32,000 bases of DNA, taken from Candidatus Scalindua sp. (GTDB lineage: Bacteria; Planctomycetota; Brocadiia; Brocadiales; Scalinduaceae). This document shows, one piece after another, positions 8,426-16,982 of this stretch. Numbering within the stretch: the stretch's first letter is position 1; every line of letters begins with the position of its first letter. The notes beneath the pieces are model-generated. The model searched no databases. It was not told the origin of the DNA and was given only the letters and a program-made list of their open reading frames with translations. The stretch lies in the NCBI GenBank assembly GCA_031316235.1, contig JALDRA010000001.1, positions 1,200,001-1,232,000 on the forward strand, in the 5' to 3' direction. A program made the translations under genes and the position numbers.

Positions 8426-9475
8426 ATGACAAAAGCTCAAAGCACATCAGAATCAAACTTTATCGTTGGAATAGATCTGGGAACATCACGTTCCGCTATT
8501 GTTACAGAAAACGGGGTAAAGGGAGTAGTAGAATCTATCGTTGGATGGCCGCAGGATATTATTGGTCTCAAGGTGCTGGGAAACTCTATTGCAATTGGTG
8601 ACACCGCACTGGAATTTCGAGAATTCCTGGAGATCAGTTATCCATTGGCAAACGGAGTTATCAAAGAAGGGGTTAAGAGGGACGTTGAAGCCGCTGATGA
8701 ACTTATTAAATATATCCTTTCCCTGGCAGAAATTCCCGAGAAAAAGAAAATATGCGGGATCGTTGGGGTTCCAGCCAAAGCCTCTCTGCAAAGCAAACAA
8801 GTCTTATTGAATCTAACAAAGAAGCATATGAGCCAGGTAACACTCATCAGTGAACCATTCGCTATCGCCTATAGAGAAGAAAGACTGAATAATTCAATTA
8901 TCATTGATCTTGGGGCCGGTACAATAAATTTTTGTACTATGAAAGGAAGAATCCCTGATGAGAACAGCCAGGTCTCCCTGGAAAAAGCAGGAAATTATGT
9001 TGATACCATCTTGTTTGATGCTTTGAAGCGCAAATTTCCTGATGCTCAACTGACCCTGAATATTGTAAAAAAATTCAAAGAAAAACATGGTACCATACTA
9101 AGCGGTGGTGGTAATATCATGGTTGAACTCCGAATGCATGGCAAACCGCAGACTCTCGATATTACTGAGGAAATGATCAACGCCTGTTCGACATTTGTAC
9201 CCAACATGATTGAGGAAATCAAAAAACTGGTCGTCAGCTTTGACCCAGAATCCCAGGAGGAGGCCATGAAAAATATCATACTGGCAGGCGGTATGAGCAA
9301 AATAAAAGGATATGATTCCGTGATCAAAGAAGCTTTATCTGATTATGGGGATGCACAGGTTCACGCTTTAGAAGATCCTTTATATGCAGTTGCTGAAGGC
9401 GCTTTAAAGATTGGAACCGATATACCGGTAAAATACTGGTCCCAGTTAGGTGAAACAGTCGCTGTGGGAAAATAA
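8426..9475 (+). CDS. Actin-like ATPase of the MamK family (MamK-like filament protein)
   Basis: 349 aa, with GGAGG at 8412-8416, 9 nt before the ATG. Actin-fold motifs are present: VGIDLGTSRSA (phosphate 1), GVPAKAS, ISEPFAIAY, IIIDLGAGTINF (phosphate 2) and ILAGGMSKIKG (adenosine). Block-by-block it resembles my recollection of Magnetospirillum MamK: SIVGWPQDIIGLKVLG vs VVGYPKDVIGLKLLG, ISYPLANGV vs IRYPLQDGV, EKAGNYVD vs TKAGNYVD, PVKYWSQLGE vs PPQYWRQLGD. Confidence 0.8.
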   Translation: MTKAQSTSESNFIVGIDLGTSRSAIVTENGVKGVVESIVGWPQDIIGLKVLGNSIAIGDTALEFREFLEISYPLANGVIKEGVKRDVEAADELIKYILSLAEIPEKKKICGIVGVPAKASLQSKQVLLNLTKKHMSQVTLISEPFAIAYREERLNNSIIIDLGAGTINFCTMKGRIPDENSQVSLEKAGNYVDTILFDALKRKFPDAQLTLNIVKKFKEKHGTILSGGGNIMVELRMHGKPQTLDITEEMINACSTFVPNMIEEIKKLVVSFDPESQEEAMKNIILAGGMSKIKGYDSVIKEALSDYGDAQVHALEDPLYAVAEGALKIGTDIPVKYWSQLGETVAVGK

Positions 9476-9535
9476 AGAGAAAAAAGAGTGAAATATCAGC
9501 CGGTAACCCTTATCCCCCAAAAAAAAGAATACGGG

Positions 9536-11503
9536 TTACAGGAGACCATGTAATCTCCTCCTCACCTGTCGAAATACTCCCAGCCAGTCTTTGGGGTGAG
9601 AATGACGAAATAACCGCATAGTTGGATACCAGGGGCTTCCATCCCGGTCTTGCAGCCAGCGCCAGGCTGGTGCAAATGGCAACAGGTTCCAAACAGGTTT
9701 GCCCATTGCCCCTGCTAAGTGGACGATTACTGTATCGATTGATATAACAAGGTCAAGGTTGGCAATCACTGCTGCCGTATCAACAAAGTCTCTGAGTTCT
9801 CTTTCCAGGTTAACGATATCCATACCCTCTGGAATAGTAGATGCTTCCGCTGCAGCTGCCCCTTTTTGAAGTGTGTAAAAAGTTATATTCGGGATGTCTC
9901 TCAGGATGGCAAAATCCTGTAATGAGCAGGAGCGGTTGCGGTCGTTTGCATTCCTGGGGTTGCCAGACCATGCAATACCAATTCTGAGGTTATTATTCCT
10001 GCCAAGCCTCATACCCCATTTCATGCGAAGGGCAGCATCAACCTTGATATAGGGTATATCAGCAGGTACGGTTTCAAGGGTAGTTCCATAAATTCCCGGC
10101 AGACTTAAGAGGGAAATGTGAACATCAAATGGCACAGAAGGTTTACAGGTCGGAACATATTCTACAAACTCGTCAATCCCTGAACAGCCGCTTAATAATC
10201 GAATGAGCTCTTTCTGGCACTCGAGAATAACCCGGCCGCCCCGTTCCTTCACCATGGGCAGATAGCGTGCAAACTGGATCGTATCACCGAATCCCTGCTC
10301 CACATGTATCAATATTGATCTGCCATTAAGGGGTAAGCCATCCCACAAGGGTTTTCCCAGTGTCTTGGGAATATGTTCACGTATCTGAAGCCTCCACTCA
10401 TACTCCTGCCAGCCATCTTTAAAATTCCCTGCCAGGAGGAGTGCAAGTGAGTTATTCATGTGTGCCAGTGCATAATCAGATTTCAGTGATATCGCCTTTT
10501 TATAACTTTTTATCGCCTCGTCAAGACTCCCTGTTTCCTGAAGAGAAGTGCCGAGATTATTGTGTGCTTCTGCGTAGTCAGGGCTGACCTCGATTGCCCG
10601 ATTACAGCTCTCTATCGATGTATCCAGTTTGCCAAGTTCCCTCCATACCGTACCAAGATTGCTGTAGGCCATAGCGTAGTCTGGTTTAAGTTCTATCGCC
10701 AGATTATAACTGGCCACAGCTTTATGAAGTTCTTTCTTTTCGAGAAATACCGTACCAAGATTATTATGGGCCTCTGCATAATCAGGTTTTAAAGTTATAG
10801 CATTACGATAACACTCTTCCGCCTCGTCAAATCTTCCCAGTCTCTTCAATACTGTCCCGAGATTATTTTGGAGGACCTCATTGTCCGGTTCGAGTTGCTT
10901 TGCCTTCAGGCTGCTCTTTAACGCTTCGTTTAAGAGCCCAGATTCCTGAAAAGCCATGCCAAGGTTACTGTGTGCCAGTGCATAATCCGGTTTGAGGTCC
11001 AATGCACTGCGATAGCAGAAGATTGCATCATCCATCCGCCCCATTTTGTGAAATACTGCTCCGAGATTACAATGTAATTCTGCACTATCCGGATTGTATC
11101 TCATCGCATACCGGTAACTTATAACGGCATTACCGAATTTTCCCTGTTCCCGATAGATATCCCCTAAGTTACTACGGACTTTTGGATCCTCTGGTATTAA
11201 GAGACACGCACGATGATAACACTCCTCAGCTTTTTCCAGTTGTCCCAGCTCTTGAAGTGCAGTACCAAGATTATTATACGCCATTGCATGATCAGGCTTT
11301 AGTGCCAGAACATTTCTCAGTAATTGACAGGCCGTCTCAATATCATGTTGCTGGAGATGGAGTGTACCTAAGAGAAAGAGTGCATCAATGTTTTCAGATT
11401 GCTTTTCTAATATAGCCTTATACGAAGCTGCCGCCGATTCAAGGTTTCCCGTCTGATGCTGCTGTATGGCACCCTCAATCAAGTTTATTACCGGAGTATT
11501 CAT
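9536..11503 (-). CDS. TPR-repeat protein with C-terminal GT9-like glycosyltransferase domain
   Basis: 655-aa ORF. It has a TPR array followed by VEQGFGDTIQFARYLPMVK, SLLSLPGIYGTT, NRSCSLQDF, FYTLQKG and DTVIVHLAGAMGKPVW. Its start lies 4 nt after the stop of the upstream paralogue. Confidence 0.85.
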   Translation of the reverse strand: MNTPVINLIEGAIQQHQTGNLESAAASYKAILEKQSENIDALFLLGTLHLQQHDIETACQLLRNVLALKPDHAMAYNNLGTALQELGQLEKAEECYHRACLLIPEDPKVRSNLGDIYREQGKFGNAVISYRYAMRYNPDSAELHCNLGAVFHKMGRMDDAIFCYRSALDLKPDYALAHSNLGMAFQESGLLNEALKSSLKAKQLEPDNEVLQNNLGTVLKRLGRFDEAEECYRNAITLKPDYAEAHNNLGTVFLEKKELHKAVASYNLAIELKPDYAMAYSNLGTVWRELGKLDTSIESCNRAIEVSPDYAEAHNNLGTSLQETGSLDEAIKSYKKAISLKSDYALAHMNNSLALLLAGNFKDGWQEYEWRLQIREHIPKTLGKPLWDGLPLNGRSILIHVEQGFGDTIQFARYLPMVKERGGRVILECQKELIRLLSGCSGIDEFVEYVPTCKPSVPFDVHISLLSLPGIYGTTLETVPADIPYIKVDAALRMKWGMRLGRNNNLRIGIAWSGNPRNANDRNRSCSLQDFAILRDIPNITFYTLQKGAAAAEASTIPEGMDIVNLERELRDFVDTAAVIANLDLVISIDTVIVHLAGAMGKPVWNLLPFAPAWRWLQDRDGSPWYPTMRLFRHSHPKDWLGVFRQVRRRLHGLL

Positions 11504-11507
11504 AAAT

Positions 11508-13619
11508 TTATTTCCCAGACAAACACGTTGATGAACCAGATTGCTTCAGCCTGGCTATCTCTTGTATCAACGCCTCGGTTATCTCTTCAAACACAGAAGT
11601 CCAGTCATCTGGTTCCGGCTGCCGAAACAACCTCATGCTCGGATACCATGGACTATCCTCACGGCCAATCAACCAGCGCCAATCTGGATCAAACTGCAGG
11701 AGAGTCCACACCGGTTTGCCGATAGCACCAGCGAGGTGAGCAACTGCAGTATCAACAGAGATAACGAGATCCAGATGAGCAATAACCGCTGCAGTCTCAG
11801 CAAAATCAGGCAACTGATTTTCAAGATTGTTGAGTTTCATATTTCTCGGTGGGGTAAGAGCCTGCCCTGATGCTGTTCCCTTTTGAAGAGTGTAGAAAGA
11901 GACACCCGGAACATCTGCCAGGGGTGCAAAATCATCCAGAAAACATGAGCGGATACGGTCTTTCCTGTTATGAGGATTCCCGGCCCAGACCAGGCCAATT
12001 TTGAAATTACGGTCGTGAACAAACCTTGCACCCCAGCGTCTTACAAGATCCGGATCCAAAGAAATATATGGTATACCTGAGGGTATGGTCTCTGTTTGAG
12101 TACCAAACAGCCCTGGAAGACTTAAGAGGGGAATATGAAAATCAAATTGTTCCGTTATTATACCGGTGGAAGTTCTTTCCACAAGCCTATCGATACCGGG
12201 ACAATTTTTTAAGAGACTAATAAGGCTCTGCCTACACTCAAAAATCATATACCCGCCTCTCTCCTTTACCAGAGGGAGAAAACGGACGAACTGTATCGTA
12301 TCACCATATCCCTGTTCAGCATGAACGAGGATAGATTTCCCCTCAAGAGATGAACCGTCCCATTTTGGCTGTTTAAATGCTCTCAATCCATGGTCACTCG
12401 TCTGCAGTCTCCACTCATATTCAGACCACCCCTCTACAAAGTCTTCGTTCATCAGTAATATAAAGGCCTTGTTCATGTGTGCCTCAGCAAAGTCAGGTTT
12501 CTGGAAGATAGCCTTTTTATAGTTTATGATTGCCTCATCAAGTCTCCCCATTCTTTGCAGTAATGCACCCATGTTATTATAGAAATAAGCACTGACGGGT
12601 TTAAGATAAATTGCCCTTTGACAACATTCCAGAGCAGCATCATTTCTCCCCTGATCTTTCAATGCCATACCGAGATTGCTGTAAGCCACAGCATGTTTAT
12701 GATTGAGTTTTATTGCCTGTTCGTAACAGGAAACTGCTTCCTCAAGTCTGCCCTGTTCGTAAAAGCATGTCCCCAGAGTGTTATGTGCCTCCACGTAGTC
12801 CGGTTTTATTGTAATAGCACGACAGCAACATTCAACAGCCTCATCAAGTCTCCGCTCTTCCTTAAGCAATGAGCCAAGATTCGTATGGGCTTTAACATTA
12901 TCGGGTTCAATTTGTAATGCATTCGCATAACTCTCGATTGCCTTTTCACGTTTACCCTGTTCCTGAAGTACCAACCCGAGATTGATATGCGCTTCAGCAT
13001 AATCAGGTTTTAATTCCAATGCCCGACGGCAGCACTCCTCAGCTTTATCGAATAGCTGTTTATCTTTTAGTGCCACAGCCATGTTGCTGTATGCCACAGG
13101 CTGATCTGGTTTTAATTGTATTGCTTTTCTGTAGCACTCAATAGCCTCGCTGCACCTCCCTTGCTCCTGCAGTACTGCTCCCATATTGATGTAGGCTTCG
13201 AAATAGTCCGGTTTCTGAGACAGTGCTTCCTTATAGCTTTCCAGGGCACTATCTAATCTGCCCTGTAAGTGGTAAAGGGACGCAAGATTACTGTGTGCAC
13301 TTACATAAGCCGGATTAAGTTCTATTGCCCTCTTGTAACTTTCAATAGCCTTCTCGTATTCACCCTGCTGTTTCTGAATAGTACCGAGATAATTATACGC
13401 GGTTAAATGCACTGGGTTTACTAACAACGTCTTTTGAATATATTCTGAAGCCCTATCAAGATTTTCCTGTTGCAGATAGAGAATACCCAGGAGACAGATT
13501 ACGTCAATTTGTCCAGACTCATTTTTGAGCAGCTTGTGGTACAGTGATGCTGCAGCGGGAAGATTACCTGCTTCATGCTCATTCAATGCCATTTGCAATA
13601 CGCTGTTAATATTTTCCAT
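11508..13619 (-). CDS. TPR-repeat protein with C-terminal GT9-like glycosyltransferase domain
   Basis: 703-aa ORF. It has a TPR array followed by AEQGYGDTIQFVRFLPLVK, PLLSLPGLFGTQ, IRSCFLDDF, FYTLQKG and DTAVAHLAGAIGKPVW. Confidence 0.85.
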   Translation of the reverse strand: MENINSVLQMALNEHEAGNLPAAASLYHKLLKNESGQIDVICLLGILYLQQENLDRASEYIQKTLLVNPVHLTAYNYLGTIQKQQGEYEKAIESYKRAIELNPAYVSAHSNLASLYHLQGRLDSALESYKEALSQKPDYFEAYINMGAVLQEQGRCSEAIECYRKAIQLKPDQPVAYSNMAVALKDKQLFDKAEECCRRALELKPDYAEAHINLGLVLQEQGKREKAIESYANALQIEPDNVKAHTNLGSLLKEERRLDEAVECCCRAITIKPDYVEAHNTLGTCFYEQGRLEEAVSCYEQAIKLNHKHAVAYSNLGMALKDQGRNDAALECCQRAIYLKPVSAYFYNNMGALLQRMGRLDEAIINYKKAIFQKPDFAEAHMNKAFILLMNEDFVEGWSEYEWRLQTSDHGLRAFKQPKWDGSSLEGKSILVHAEQGYGDTIQFVRFLPLVKERGGYMIFECRQSLISLLKNCPGIDRLVERTSTGIITEQFDFHIPLLSLPGLFGTQTETIPSGIPYISLDPDLVRRWGARFVHDRNFKIGLVWAGNPHNRKDRIRSCFLDDFAPLADVPGVSFYTLQKGTASGQALTPPRNMKLNNLENQLPDFAETAAVIAHLDLVISVDTAVAHLAGAIGKPVWTLLQFDPDWRWLIGREDSPWYPSMRLFRQPEPDDWTSVFEEITEALIQEIARLKQSGSSTCLSGK

Positions 13620-13952
13620 GAGTCGTCTTTGTTGGCCATGGTTCAGTCACAGGGTTTCCGTTCAATCACTGCTTATTAATTCCGCTAAAAACATGCCAAA
13701 ATACATTTTGGCCTAAAATTTGTATACTAATAAGAGAACCATGGTACTGTGAGCTCTCCCTGTTCATATTCTGGCCATTCCTGTATAATTCTTCACCATG
13801 GCAATTACCTGGAATATTTATGAAATACGATACATCAGGAATCAGTTCAAAAGATAAGAGATTCAGATGGGGAATAAAAGCTATTCGTATTCAGTAATCT
13901 GCTCTCACCACAACCTGGAATATCCCCTTTCGAAAATGCAATAATTGAAGAG

Positions 13953-14291
13953 ATGAGAGAATATACTTCACCATTAAAGGCAGGCTATCATTCGAAATAC
14001 GATGATGAACCACGCAGAGATCTTATGCAGCTTATCAGGGTCCTCCCTGAACGGGTTTTGATTGGTTGTGGCACAGGTGCAACCGGAGCCGCATTGAAAC
14101 AGAAGTTTTATGGAGTTGAATACACTGGATTTGAATCCAAAGAGAATATTGCACACATTGCGCGGAGACGTCTGGACACGGTTCTTACTGCGGACATAGA
14201 AAAAGTGCAGTTACACGACTGTGGATTGAACAGGGGATATTTCGACTTAATCATATGGAGTGATGTCCTTGAGCATCTTTATGATCCCTGA
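13953..14291 (+). pseudogene. Class I SAM-dependent methyltransferase, 3'-truncated remnant
   Basis: The 112-aa ORF has a degenerate motif I (RVLIGCGTGATG, lacking the usual acidic residue) and the motif DLIIWSDVLEHLYDP. It then stops where such enzymes normally continue for roughly another 80-100 aa. A MITE copy begins 25 nt downstream. I saw no continuation in any frame after the MITE. Confidence 0.55.
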
Positions 14292-14315
14292 TACAAATCA
14301 GCAGCATTATCATAA

Positions 14316-14428
14316 TATACTCATCTCATACTGGATTTCGGATAAAATCCGAGACAAAATTGAGCGAGTATAACTGTGACCAAGATTTGGTTTCCGGTAA
14401 ATCCGAAAACCAAATCGGTTTTAATATA
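14316..14428 (+). mobile_element. MITE-like repeat, family 1, copy A (113-bp form)
   Basis: tatactcatctcatactggatttcggataaaatccgagacaaaattgagcgagta...ccgaaaaccaaatcggttttaatata. It shares ends and an internal core with five other copies in the window. Confidence 0.85.
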
Positions 14429-14561
14429 ATACCCCTGGAGTTTATAACTGTAATTCATGGCAAACCCATGACGATGGCCAGTAAAATGAGACGCAACGAT
14501 AAGATGCTCTCCACAAACTTTCTGTTTCCTTAAAATTCCTGTTTTTTTAGGAGTATTGCAA

Positions 14562-15503
14562 ATGAAGATTTTCCTCACCTATGCATCAAATCCGCAAACA
14601 ACTGCGTTTTATCTCGAAAAGGCGCTGCGGGAGATATGTGATGTAATCACTTACGGTCCCGCTATCAGTAAGGAGACCTTGAAAAAATGGAACCTGATGG
14701 CCATTGCCGACAGGGTCCAGGAACATCAGATCCCTTTGACAGATGGAGACATGATAAATGCATTAAATGGACTACCAAAAGGATGGAAACCGGATGCTCT
14801 TCTCTTTATCGATACCGGTGTCTTTTTCCCGTTAACAAATATCAGTGCCGTCAATTGTACCAAGGCGTGCTACATGATCGATTCCCATATAAATTTTGAG
14901 CGGCATCTCGACTTTGTGAAGAGCTTTGATATAGTATTTACCGCCCACAAACCTGCTGTTGAGATGTTTAATGGAGAGGGTTTTAACCATGTCTTCTGGA
15001 TACCTCCCGCCTGTGATCCGGAAATTCACGGCAGGAAAACAGGTGAAAAACTATACGATATAGGTTTCGTCGGCAGCCTGAATGCAAATTTTAATCCTGA
15101 AAGGGTACACCTTCTCAATGAGCTGAAACAGAGATTTCATGTCCATTACGAGAGGTGCTTTTTAGAGCGTATGGCAGAGGTCTTTTCCCGGTCAAAGATA
15201 GTCTTCAACAAATCAATCATGAATGGCCTCAACATGAGGGTCTTTGAGGTTCTGGCAGCTGGAAGTCTGCTCCTTACAGATGAAAGTAAAGAGAGCGGCC
15301 TTACAGAACTGTTTGAGGAGAAAAGGGATCTTGTAATCTACCGTAACGAAGAGGAACTCTTCGAGCTTGCGTATCATTATTTAAGACATGGAGAAGAGAG
15401 GGAGAAGATTGCCGAAGAGGGGAGGAAAAAGGTTCTGAAAGAACATACCTACCACCACAGGGCAAGAGATATTATAGAGACACTATCCGCTTTCAAAAAA
15501 TGA
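14562..15503 (+). CDS. CgeB-family / Glyco_trans_1_2-type glycosyltransferase
   Basis: The track starts at TTG 14556. I prefer ATG 14562, with AGGAG at 14549-14553 and an 8-nt spacer. The C-terminal blocks IGFVGS, SKIVFNKS...GLNMRVFEVLAAGSLLLTD and REKIAEEGRKKVLKEHTYHHRA match the CgeB-like glycosyltransferase pattern. Confidence 0.75.
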   Translation: MKIFLTYASNPQTTAFYLEKALREICDVITYGPAISKETLKKWNLMAIADRVQEHQIPLTDGDMINALNGLPKGWKPDALLFIDTGVFFPLTNISAVNCTKACYMIDSHINFERHLDFVKSFDIVFTAHKPAVEMFNGEGFNHVFWIPPACDPEIHGRKTGEKLYDIGFVGSLNANFNPERVHLLNELKQRFHVHYERCFLERMAEVFSRSKIVFNKSIMNGLNMRVFEVLAAGSLLLTDESKESGLTELFEEKRDLVIYRNEEELFELAYHYLRHGEEREKIAEEGRKKVLKEHTYHHRARDIIETLSAFKK

Positions 15504-15756
15504 CTCTACTAGCTAATAACCTTCCTTATTAGTATCAATCGTATCGAGAATCGAGGAAAGGGCTGTGATTTGATTGCCTATCTGTGTATCTATTGAGAAC
15601 TGTACGTCAAGGGGTTATATTCCACTTGTTTTGTTGGCGGAGATACTTACCGGATCCTGATACACGTCTGTATACACGGTTATGGTGTTTACGCCTATTT
15701 CCAGAAATATGTCGTTGACTGCAAATTCACTCTCTGGCACCTCCCCAAAGAAACTT

Positions 15757-15884
15757 AGTGGTTGAACGAAAACTGCCGATATACAAGGCGCGTGCTGATT
15801 TCGTAATCCTCACGTACTAAAGTACGTGAGGATTACGAAATCAGTGCAGCAACGCAGCAGATGAGTAGTTTTCATTCAACCACT
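15757..15884. mobile_element. Palindromic 128-bp element (MITE-like family 2), intact copy
   Basis: The outer inverted repeats agtggttgaacgaaaact (15757-15774) and agttttcattcaaccact (15867-15884) match at 17/18 positions. The central arms 15795-15818 and 15821-15844 form a perfect 24-bp palindrome (ctgatttcgtaatcctcacgtact aa agtacgtgaggattacgaaatcag). The element sits between two convergent genes, and its right end overlaps the stop codon at 15883-15885. Confidence 0.85.
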
Positions 15885-16836
15885 ATTTGAATACGATATC
15901 CTTCGCTGATACCCCCAGAGATTCAATATACTCTCTTGGTATCCGATTGTTCAGTAACCCTATTTCTATCAAATCTCCATTCGCCGTCACAGCAACCAGC
16001 GCACCTGAATCAGTAACCTCTTTTATGTTACCAGCCATTTCAATTCCGCTCGATACCCCCCGATCATACAGACGTGATTGACCCACGGTTGCCTGCAATT
16101 GCTGTCCGTCCGGCATCTGGAATGATGTTACCGGTTGCTGGAAAGGATCAAAAGAGAATGCACATATCCTTCTATGTATCTCACTTCCCGTCTTACGCCA
16201 ATCGATAATCTGATCACGGGCAAACTCAATACTGTCTTTGGTGTAATACAGCTTTCTCGTTAAATCCTGAGGAGATGACCCTGCCGTCCCTTCCAAAAGT
16301 GACGGATATGAATCAATGAACAGATGAACGGCTGTTTCAGTCAGGGAATCAAACAATTCACGTGCTGTAGTATTATCGTCGATGGGTATGGATGTCTGCG
16401 CAATGATGCCTCCCTCATCAAATTTATCCACCATGTAGTGTAAGGTCACTCCAGCTTTCTTCTCACCATTCAGGATTGCCCAGGCAACCGGATAACAGCC
16501 GCCATAACGGGGAAGGAGACCGAAATGCAGGTTTATACAGCCATGAATGGGAAGATTTAAGAGAGCGGTTTTCAGTAAGGAGCGATACTGAAGTGAGAAA
16601 ATAAAATCAGGTTTCAGAGAAACAAGTTCTTCAACATAATCGTTTATATTGCCTACAAAAGTTTTGATACGTCTCTCTGCACCGAATGAAATCAAGTCGG
16701 CCTGCCAATCTTCCGGTGCAGCCACTATGGCACAAATCTCTGTATCACTTCGGCTGTACAGGAATTGAAGACACCGCTCCGCCACCAGTTTCTCTCCGCA
16801 TACGACAACTTTTTTCTTCTTACAACCATTTTTCAT
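15883..16836 (-). CDS. Formyltransferase-family protein (Fmt/ArnA-N-like; probable sugar N-formyltransferase)
   Basis: 317 aa. It has an N-terminal Rossmann-like KVVVCGEK segment. The block GCINLHFGLLPRYGGCYPVAWAI corresponds to the N-x-H...SLLPxxRG formyltransferase motif. It is followed by YMVDKFDEGGIIAQ, which supplies the catalytic Asp region, and by a C-terminal Fmt-like domain. Confidence 0.75.
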   Translation of the reverse strand: MKNGCKKKKVVVCGEKLVAERCLQFLYSRSDTEICAIVAAPEDWQADLISFGAERRIKTFVGNINDYVEELVSLKPDFIFSLQYRSLLKTALLNLPIHGCINLHFGLLPRYGGCYPVAWAILNGEKKAGVTLHYMVDKFDEGGIIAQTSIPIDDNTTARELFDSLTETAVHLFIDSYPSLLEGTAGSSPQDLTRKLYYTKDSIEFARDQIIDWRKTGSEIHRRICAFSFDPFQQPVTSFQMPDGQQLQATVGQSRLYDRGVSSGIEMAGNIKEVTDSGALVAVTANGDLIEIGLLNNRIPREYIESLGVSAKDIVFK

Positions 16837-16982
16837 TTCAGATTAAACCCTTGCAGTGAAAGAGAAGAGTTCGGGATACTGATTTTTTTCATTGATAACG
16901 AATAAACATGCATTGCATTGATTATGTCCAGAAATCCTGAATCAGAATTTTGAAATTATGTGATGACTACAGCTTTAAAAAC

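Noticed and set aside
8056-8427. 123-aa minus-strand ORF rich in F and L, opposite the K/E-rich gene
   Set aside because: AAA/GAA-rich sense codons automatically give TTT/TTC-rich antisense frames. The plus-strand gene has the SD and the operon context.
5408-9475. Possibility that this is a fragment of a magnetosome gene island
   Set aside because: Only the actin-like gene resembles a mam gene. No CDF transporter, HtrA/PDZ protease, magnetochrome, MamA-type or MamI/L/Q-like ORF is present in the window. The TPR proteins here carry GT9 domains and are not MamA-like. The question is left open for the rest of the genome.
9503-9539. Possible terminator hairpin (gtaaccc ... gggttac) between the convergent actin-like and TPR genes
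   Set aside because: The stem is only 7 bp, the loop is 23 nt, and there is no U-tract in the correct position. This is too weak to call.
14321-14578. 85-aa minus-strand ORF, plus 18138-18371 (77 aa), 20654-20857 (67 aa) and 21834-22019 (61 aa)
   Set aside because: Each is composed largely of, or runs into, a MITE family-1 copy. The shared peptide strings (for example GFTGNQILV, PVLPEIKSW) come from the repeat, not from conserved genes.
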